Assembly (NCBI RefSeq): GCF_009914755.1
Contig: NC_060942.1
Origin: the human T2T-CHM13v2.0 reference genome, Homo sapiens
Strand: one strand, 5' to 3'
Length of the DNA: 64,000 nucleotides
Shown: one piece after another, positions 55,379 to 64,000 of the stretch
Layout of the letters: every line of letters begins with the position of its first letter
Numbering within the stretch: position 1 is the first letter of the stretch
The notes under the pieces: model-generated
Told to the model about the DNA's origin: nothing
The model's input: the letters and a program-made list of their open reading frames with translations, nothing else
The model's database searches: none
Translations under genes and position numbers: made by a program

Positions 55379-55949
55379 TTTTCTTTTTTTAAACATTGTA
55401 TTTTTCATTTCAGATTCAGAGGATACATGTGCAGATGTGTTACATGGGTATATTACATGATGCTGTGGTTTGGGCTTCTAATGATCACACTGCCCAGGAA
55501 GCAAACATTGTACCGGATAGATTGTTTTTCACCCCTTACCCTCCACCCTCTGTTCCCCATTTTGGAGTTCTCAGTGTCTATTGTTCCCATCTTTGTGTCC
55601 AGGAGTACTCAAGTGCATACCCAGTGTTTAACTCCCGCTTGTAAGTGAGAACATACAATATTTGGTTTTCTGTTCCTGTGTCAATTAACTTAGGATAATG
55701 GCCTCCAGCTGCATCCATGTTGCTGCACAGGATGTGATTTTGTTCTTTTTTTATGGCTGCGTAGTATTCCATGGTATATACATATCTCAAAATTTTTATC
55801 CAATCCACTGTCGATAGGCACCTGGGTTGATTCCATGTCTTTGCTATTGTGAATAGTGCTGCAGTGAACATATGAATGCAGGTGTCTTTTTGGTAGAGTG
55901 ATTTATTTTCCTTTGGGTGTATACCCAGTAATGGGATTGCTGGGTCAAA
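55379..55949 (-). mobile_element. L1PA15/16-type 3' end (ORF2 C-terminus and 3'UTR)
   Basis: Reverse ORF FDPAIPLLGIHPKENKSLYQKDTCIHMFTAALFTIAKTWNQPRC is L1 ORF2p C-terminus; typical 3'UTR and T tail. Confidence 0.93.
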
Positions 55950-55959
55950 AACAGCAGAC

Positions 55960-56845
55960 AATGTGCTACTCTTAAAACATATATCAGATCATGTCATTCC
56001 TCAGATAGAATTCCTCTGATGGATGCTCCTCTCACTCAGGGTAGAAAGCCTACCATTACTTTGCCTACCTCTGCCTCACTAAATATGCCCTTTGCCCCCT
56101 CCCCTTGGTGTATGCCTCCAGCCACAATGTCCTCCCAACCTATCAGCCAGTCACATTCCTGCCTCAGGGCCTTTGTACCTGCCCTTCCATCTGGCTGAAT
56201 GTTCTTTTTTTTTTTTGAGACGGAGTCTCGCTCTGTCGCCCAGGCTGGAGGGCAGTGGCAAAATCTCGGCTCACTGCAACCTTCGCCTCCCAGGTTCAAG
56301 CGATTCTCTTGTCTCAGCCTCTTGAGTAGCTGGGATTACAGGTGTGCATCAGCATGTCTGGCTAATTTTTTTTTGTATTTTAGGTAGAGACAGGGTTTTA
56401 CCATGTTGGCCAGGCTGGTCTTGAACTCCTGACCTCAAATGATCTGCCTGTCTCGGCCTCCCAAAGTGCTGGGATTACAGGCATCAGCCACTGAACCCGG
56501 CCCTGGATGAATGTTCTTTGCTCTCACCTTCCTCAGGTTTTTTTTTTTTTTTTTTTTTTTCCAAAATGCCACTTTATCAGCGAGGCTTTGCCTAACCACC
56601 CTTTTAAATAATTGATTCCCCCATACTGACTATCCCCCTCCTTCTTATATTTCCCTCAGTAACAACACCTTACACACAAATTTGTATACAGTATATTGAT
56701 TTATTTTGTTTATAACTGTCTTCTGCCTACAGAATATAAGCTCCATGAAAGTTTGGGGTTTTATTTGTTTTGTTCCCTGTTCTATGCTCAATGCCTAAAA
56801 CAGTGTTAGGAACATGAAAGGTATTAAATAGGCATGTGTTGTTCA
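55960..56845 (+). mobile_element. L2a fragment interrupted by an Alu
   Basis: atcagatcatgtcattcctc, cctcagggcctttgtac, agaatataagctccatga. Confidence 0.75.
56205..56502 (-). mobile_element. AluSx/Sz
   Basis: Reverse Alu; TSD CTGG(C/A)TGAATGTTCTTT. Confidence 0.96.
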
Positions 56846-59387
56846 AACATGTAATATGTATACACTGCCTAAGGATAAGGAGAAAATGCAATGCATGTGT
56901 ATGAACAGTTAGGGGCCAGCGACCATGGTTGATGCTTCAAATGTCTTATTTATCAGCCATCTAAGACAAAACCAATACATAAAGATTCTTCTTATCTTTC
57001 AGTTGTGACTATAGAGGCCCAAAAAGGGAAATATTGTCCAAGGTTTTAAGCATTGGAAATGGGTGCAAAACTATGTTAGTCTGACTGATACTTTCCAAAA
57101 CCACATTCTCTTTCCATGCTTTTAGCATCCAATCTGTCTCATCCTTCTTCTCCTTTTCTACTTTCTCTTCTTCTTCTTGATTTTCTATACTACTCTTCAT
57201 CCTCTATTTCATCTTTTTTTTGTCTTCTGCAGAATATTTCCTCCTTCCTCAGATAATGTAATGTCTGTTACTGAAATGTCTGAGAAAGGATGTCCTTTCA
57301 ACTTTGTATGAAAATTCTTTCCTTGAGTCTTTCCTGAATAATTCTAACCAATTCCACATTTTTGAAGAAAAGTAACATTAACAGTCACATGCCTTTGACA
57401 ACACTTACTGCCTCTCCAGACCTGTTCTTACTTTTCTTTCTCTGTGTCATCTCACACAGAGAGAAAAGAATGGAAGTTCACGGAGAACAGCTGGGACCCA
57501 GGCTTTATTTCTGTCTCATTCCCTGATGATACCCTAATGTGCCACTTTGGTTAATACAAATCAGCAATAAAATAGGACACAGCTGTCTGAAAAGTGTCTC
57601 ATCTGAAATATGGAAATCCCAAGATACATGTCTTTCAATACTTAATTAAATAGCATTTAACTCTAGACACATATTTTGTGTCTTTAACATATGCAGTGGA
57701 AATGCATAAGAATAGTCTTTAAATTATTCTATAAGTTCTTTAAATTATTCTGTAATTATTCTATAAGTCATTGAAAATGTTAACATAATACATTTGAGAG
57801 ATTTAAAATCACTATGAAACCTAAATGTTCAAGTAATTATTTTTGAAAAATCTCAGAAACATATTTATCTGGAAATGGACTGTCTGAAGTTTATCAACTG
57901 CAACTGAAAGAGGTGTGTTGACAATTAAATTCAGTTCAATAAGCTATTAAGCGATAAACATGGCCTTACAATTTATTGCAAGGTGTTTGCCTCCTGAATA
58001 AGACTATTTAAGCACATCACTCTGCATGAGCAGACATTAATAAAGTTCTGTTTTGCCTGTATGCATCAATTAATAAGACACTGAGTTAAGTTTGCTTGCT
58101 TTCCTTAATTCATCATGACCAAGGCAATTTAACAGTTCAAGACACAGTGGATATTCTGAATAGTGAAGCTCGGAAACCTCCCAGTACTAAAGACGGAGTG
58201 ATAGATATCACCATCTGAATTGTCATTTGGTCTCAGTCCCCATATCTTGGCTCAGTTCTCCGAGGTTGGCTCCATGGACAGGCAGTTTCTTGCCTTGTAG
58301 AGGTACCAGCTGCCAGCTCGTCCAGGTTTATTTCCTTCTCATGCAGAATTATCTGGAGTTGTAGTTCACTGCTTTTGAGACTTTCGCTCTGGTCACGTGC
58401 CCACTGTTGATTCTGGGGAATGTTCTCTTTCCTACAGGAACCACGTGGTCTAAAAGTGAGCAAAGAATCATTCTCCAAGTATAACTATAGTGTTGTTATT
58501 TTCAAAAGGGGAAGGAGCTCTGAGTAAACCAAAACAAGAGACATCTTTACTGCCCCATGGGAGCTTCTAAAGTAACTCTCACAGGAAGAGATGGAAAGGA
58601 TCATATTGTTTCCTGTTCAGAGAGAAGGCCTTATATCTTGCTTAGCAGGCAGAAAATTTGACTTCTCAGCCTATGCAAACACACACACAAACACAGAAGC
58701 AGAGATAGAATTTTTAAAAGATAAAATCTAAGTAATAGCAGTAATGGCATCAAACTTCAAAAATATAATAAAATGCAGAGAAATCTTTAAAAGTCAGTGC
58801 AAGCTTTCAGAAGAAAACACTGACTGGATTAAAAAAAAAAAAAAACCTTCTCTAACTTGCCAATCGCTAGTGAGATGGTCCAATGAGGTTTATGAAGAAT
58901 TTATGGCTTTGGCTCCATATGTACATGCCTAAGTTAAGTGTTCATCACTTGTGCCATATAATTTACTCACACTGATTGTTTTCAAGTCAACTTAATTGGC
59001 CTAAAGTTCCAGTAAAAGATTCCACTCAAGGAATGTTGAAGCAGAAATATCTGAATCTACATGGTCCCTGGTTGTCACTCAGAACTTGCTATTGTGGCAT
59101 CCAAGAAAAGATCAAATTTGAGTGTGTTGCTAGCACCAGTTATGTACATCAATGTTTTTGGTATATCTCTTCCTGTGTCCCTCCTTGCTTTACTTTCTCA
59201 GCAAGGCCAGACAAAAAATAGAGTGGAAAGAATTAGCCCAGACTGAATTTATACAAACTCAAATGGGAGAAATTTCATTGAAAGAGGCACAGGTTTAGAG
59301 ACTTCTAAACTCTCCAAGCATTTTAATATTTGTATGAGTAATTGCTAATTGTACATGGTACTAAAGTATGGTGATTCCACTGATTTG

Positions 59388-59705
59388 TGTTTTTTGTTGT
59401 TGTTGTTGTGGTTGTGGTTGTTTTGAGAGAGTCTCACTCTGTCACCCAGGCTGGAATACAGTGGCACGATCTCAGCTCACTGCAAACCCTGCCTCCTGGG
59501 TTCAAGTGATTCCTCTGCTTCAGCCTCCTGAATAGCTGGGATTACAGGTGCCTGACACCACACCCAGCTAATTTTTGTGCTTTTAGTGGAGATGGGGTTT
59601 CACCATGTTGGCCATGTTGGTCTCAAACTCCTGACCTCAAGTGCTCCTCCTGCCTTGGCCTCCCAAAGTGCTGTGATTACAGGCATGAGCCACTGCACCT
59701 GGGCT
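59388..59705 (-). mobile_element. AluSx/Sz with a (TTG)n-type tail
   Basis: Reverse Alu dimer. Confidence 0.93.
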
Positions 59706-62295
59706 CAGCTGACTTTTGAGAACAACAAGTCTACAACTGTGTCCCTTGGAAATGCTCTAATTTTACCTTTGGTTCTCTCCCTCAGCTTTAAAGTAATATT
59801 AGAAAAAGAAAATAAAGAATAAAGGATAATAATACTTAAGAGTTAGTAACTGGAGTAGATCTCCCAACAGTGGCATCTAGGAAGAAGCTATTTTTGTGTA
59901 GGAGCCTCTGCTTCCATCCCAAAACTGTCAGGGAATAAAACATATGGATTTGGTCAGTATCTCACCCCTTTGCTCAAGGCTTGCATTGCAAGGAACTTGG
60001 TAGCACAGGAGTGGTCACTTGGATGAAGAATATGTGTGATTTTCAGTGTTTAAGAGGTCACTGAAACTGCAAACTATGAAATTCACAAATTCACGGTCCT
60101 AAGTAACTGTGACATTTTTTTCCTAATATATTTATCCTAGGTATTGTGCCTGGTTATCCTGCCAATAAAGGGAATTTTAGACACTTGGCAGAGTAATTTA
60201 ATTTTTGTTGCAACATTGCAGTTGAAGAAATGTAGGCCATTACAGGCAGAGCTGTAAGAAAATTTTCAGTTCTTATTGATGATCATATCCATAGCATCCT
60301 TAAAATTATATTATGAGAATGAAAAGGACATGTCAACATTGAAACATATTATTTCTGTATTCATACCATTGGCTTTATGCTGTTTTTTATGCATCAAAAT
60401 CATAAAATTATGTATACCATGGTATGCTTTTAGTCAAAGTGATTAATATTTTCTAAATTGCTATGTGGAATACCATTTAAATAACAATTATTCCTTTTTA
60501 AATACTAGGTAAACAAAATATTAGAAAGATGTTTAGATAATATTGTCCCAATAATTAATAAATAATAGAAAAGTAATATATACAAATACCATTTTGCTAC
60601 ATAAATATGTATGTATACATGTTCATTTGAATATATTATTATCCAAATACAGGTTTCATATGTCTTACCTCTACATTCTTTTTTCTGTCTTCCAACACAA
60701 AATAATGTTTTTTTATTTGAACTTGGTAAGATGTTGCAAATGACTACTGTTAGGAAAAAAAACAATATGATGAGTGACTTTTTGTAACTTTTACATAGGT
60801 TTTTAGATCAAATAGTCTCTGTAATATAACTAACATATCACAAGGACTGGTTATGTTAAAATTACCTTCTGCATCCTTCCTATTTCATTTTTGAAATTAA
60901 AGTTAAATACAATAAAGCAATCTGTTACTAGGACTTTTTCAAGTGAACAACCTATCCCAGTGCATTCTACATTTACTAAGGTTTTGCTTTTACCTTTGAG
61001 CAGTGGATTATTTTGATAAATTTGAGATAAATTGCTATACTTTTTTAAAACCAAATTCTGTAATTATTTTAATTGATCCATCAATTCATTCAAAATGCTG
61101 GGTTTCATAGCTCTTGTTAGTCACAGCTTAACATGAGGTAAATTCCTTACTGAAGGAAAATTAATGAAGTTGAGCAATGAATCATTGAAACCTGGTCATT
61201 CCATTGTCAGGAAAAAAAAGAGTATTTAAAGATGTTTTTATTAAAACACACACACAATTTGTTGATCTTACAAAATATTCTCTAAACATTCATCTCTACA
61301 AATATAAACTATATCAAACTACGTGTGAGGTATGGCATATTTAAGAGAAAAAAAAGATATAAACCAGATGGTTGTAAAAGTGAGGCTTAGCAGCAGTATT
61401 TAGAGACAGTATCCAGGAAACATCAAAACATTTTTCAAAATGAATGAGTGCATTTTTGAAAAATTATTCCTTTTCAAATACTCCCAACCATTTTCTCTAG
61501 CCACTGCCATGACCATACCTAGATGCATTTTGAAGGTTGACTACATAAAAGTTATCAGTGATTTAATCTTGCATGATTCTAGAATAGAAGCACAATAAGA
61601 TTGTTTTGCACATTAAAGTTTAGAGAAAAAAATGAAAAATTTAGTAAACAGATTACTTTCAAAAAGCAAGGTAATTAGCATATATCTTAAGCACAATTTT
61701 CAATAAACAAAAATATTTTTTTCTTGGAGATATTTTTGTATAAGGTGTGCACATTCTCAATATGCTATTTCCAAAATTTATTATTATAGAATAGCTATGT
61801 GTAGTATATTTTTATAGAAAGCATATGAGAATTTAGAAATCCAATTAAGTGCTATCTCTAAAAACTTTTTGCCCTGGAAAATTATGACTTGTTAAATATT
61901 GTCAACACTTTTGTAAAACATTTTAGCACTTGTAGAATTATCTTCAAGCCTTAATTTTGAACCATGCAGAGAATGACATCACTGAACTTCTTCAACTCTT
62001 CTATTTATCACGCTAGATTCAGGATAATTTTTGGCTTTTTCTAAATACAAATTTCATCCTCAAAGTACCAAAATTTTTCTGTTACTAAGACTATTGCAAA
62101 GACACTAACAGCAATTTTAAAAGTAGAATTTTGAAAACATCTTGAACAGGAACATTGCATTAAGAAGGTGGCCCCAGATGACTAATCCAAGAAGGTATTA
62201 TTTGTCATTTGGATTTTAGCATCCAATATTTGTTTTCCATTTTAATCCCTCTCATTACTTTATAGGCTTGTCTCACAATAGTGATCTAGAGCATT

Positions 62296-62353
62296 AAAAA
62301 AAGAAAAAAGAAAGAAGAAGAAGAAAGAAAGAGTAAAGAAAGGAAAAGAAGAA
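62296..62353 (+). repeat. GA-rich purine tract
   Basis: aaaaaaagaaaaaagaaagaagaagaagaaagaaagagtaaagaaaggaaaagaagaaa. Confidence 0.85.
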
Positions 62354-62388
62354 ACCTCAACTCTGTATGGATCAAGTGTATCAGACTT

Positions 62389-63500
62389 GATTGGGTGCGG
62401 TGGCTTATGCCTGTAATCTTAGCACTTTGGGAGGCTGAGGCTAGAGGACTGCTTAAGGCCAGCAGTTTAAGACCAGCCAGGGCAACATAGTGAGACCCCC
62501 TCTCTACAAAAATATTTTTAAATCAGCTGGGTGTGGTGGAACACGCCTGTAGTCCCAGCTACTCAGAAAGCTGAGGCAGGAGGTCACTTGAGCCCAAAAG
62601 GTCAAGGGAGTCCTGGGAAGGGAAGAGTGTGATCCCTTTAAATGATACGGAAGAGGGGAAGGGAGGTGCTGGGTAGAGGAGGGCGTGGTCCCTGGCTAGG
62701 GTTCCACCTCCACGGACCTAGGTGAGGACAGACACTCCTGCCTTGACGCGCAAATATTGCATTTTCCAAGACCACTGGGCCTGCCCATCCTGGGCCTATA
62801 AAAACCGGAGACCCTAGCAGGCCGACTCACAGGCGGCCAGACGTCAAGAGGAGCATATCAGCAGACAAAGACACAAGCAGCTGGACAGAGAGAGGACATC
62901 TAGAGCGCACGCTGGCTGAAGAGCACACTGGCACATGCTGGCAAGCCAGCAGGCCATCAACCCGCGGGACGAGGTGGAGTTTGGCAGGGCAGTCGGAGGA
63001 GAGTAGGGGCCGCCAAGCTGCCCAACTCCAGGGGAAAACCATCTCCCTTCTGGCTCTCCATGGTGGGACAGCTCCTTTAATAAAACTTTGCACTCAATCT
63101 CCAAGCCCAGGTGTGATCTGATTTTTCCAGCACGCCAAGGCAAGAACTGGGGATACAGAAAGCCCTCTGTCCTGGTGACAAGGTAGAGGGTCTAATTGAG
63201 CTGGTTAACACAAGCCACCTGTAGACAGCAAACTAAGAGACCCTGTAACACATGCCCACTGGGTCTTCAGGAGCTGGAAACATTCACCCCTAGGCACTGC
63301 CGTGAGGTCGGAGCCCCATAGCCTGCCTGTCTGTGTGTTCCCCTAGAGGTTTGAGCAGCGGGGTACTGAAGAAGCGAGCCACACCCCCATCGCATGCCCT
63401 TTGAGGGGAACAAGGGAACCTTTCGCCTTTCACCATGAGCCACGGTTGCACCACTGTGCTCCAGCCTAAGCAACAGAGCAAGATCCTATCTTAAAAAAAA
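62389..63500 (+). mobile_element. AluJ split by an LTR (62389-62606 and 63433-63500)
   Basis: Left arm and right arm up to GGTCAAG; resumes ATGAGCCACGGTTGCACCACTG ... A8; TSD ATCAGACT. Confidence 0.9.
62607..63432 (+). mobile_element. ERV1 solo LTR, LTR1A-like
   Basis: CTGGGAAGGGAAGAG ... CCCTTTAAATGATACGGAAG ... CTGGGTAGAGGAGGGCGTGGTCCCTGG; TATAAAAA near 62797; AATAAA near 63079; 3' end CAAGGGAACCTTTCGCCTTTCA. Confidence 0.85.
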
Positions 63501-64000
63501 TCAGACTCATAAGCTAACTTTGTGTGCCACGCGCCTTAGTCTCTCTACATGGTCAAATAAATAACAATCTAAACCCCTTTATTCATTTGCATAAACTGAG
63601 TAAGATTTAAGAACTTAAATGAACACCCACGTTAATGAACAAGAAGAAATATATTTATGCATGCAAGATAGTGAATAAATTGAATAGACCCTGGTTTTCT
63701 AAATAATCGTATTATTTGTTTCCTCTAGTTATTACTATAATTGCTATTACTATCTTCTTTCATATTCCAAACAAGAAATATTTTTTTCTTCACTGCTCCA
63801 GTACCTAACAGTCTCTGGTGTTAAGGAACTCGTGAAGATCTACACTGGATTACTGATGGAAGAAAATGTGTTTTACAAATTTCTAACAAAAAGGTATTCT
63901 AAAGTTCCGGTAGTACTCATAAAATAGAAAATACTCAGGTATAAGAGATTTGCAAAATTGTCACCAGTGTCAATAGCATAATACAGTCGTTCCTCAGTTT

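Noticed and set aside
55578-55961. 127-aa ORF
   Set aside because: It is the frameshifted L1 ORF2 C-terminus of a truncated L1.
57009-57200. Acidic/lysine-rich minus-strand ORF (ENQEEEEKVEKEKKDE)
   Set aside because: It derives from a CT-rich low-complexity tract, with no convincing splice sites or homology.
57431-57468. Small hairpins (also 1238-1257 and ~38144-38161) as miRNA precursors
   Set aside because: Stems are too short for pre-miRNAs and are expected by chance in 64 kb of AT-rich DNA.
59900-62250. AT-rich stretch possibly holding an old transposase remnant or exons
   Set aside because: I could not match it to any family or build a consistent exon chain.

Overview
Primate, most likely human, AT-rich and repeat-dense non-coding DNA (intergenic or deep intronic). 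I see no intact protein-coding gene, RNA gene or CpG island. The only gene-derived sequence is an old, full-length processed RPSA pseudogene (~15.8-16.8 kb, + strand). The rest is mainly about 17 Alus or Alu fragments, MaLR LTRs (MST/THE1/MLT1), ERV1 LTRs, L1/L2/MIR remnants, hAT MITEs and tandem repeats. The most unusual structure is at 29.5-31.4 kb, where one L2 element appears split by a 1.7-kb composite insert bracketed by GATG/GATG. The insert holds a 578-bp foreign spacer, an apparently perfect 222-bp inverted copy of the left flank, a 137-bp direct re-copy of the spacer and a solo LTR1-type LTR. Also notable are a ~430-bp dispersed duplication, a 34-bp minisatellite inside an MLT1 LTR that is itself inside a MER5A, and an LTR nested in an AluJ. 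Repeat subfamily names come from recalled consensus sequences and need RepeatMasker/Dfam confirmation; boundaries of old repeats are approximate.
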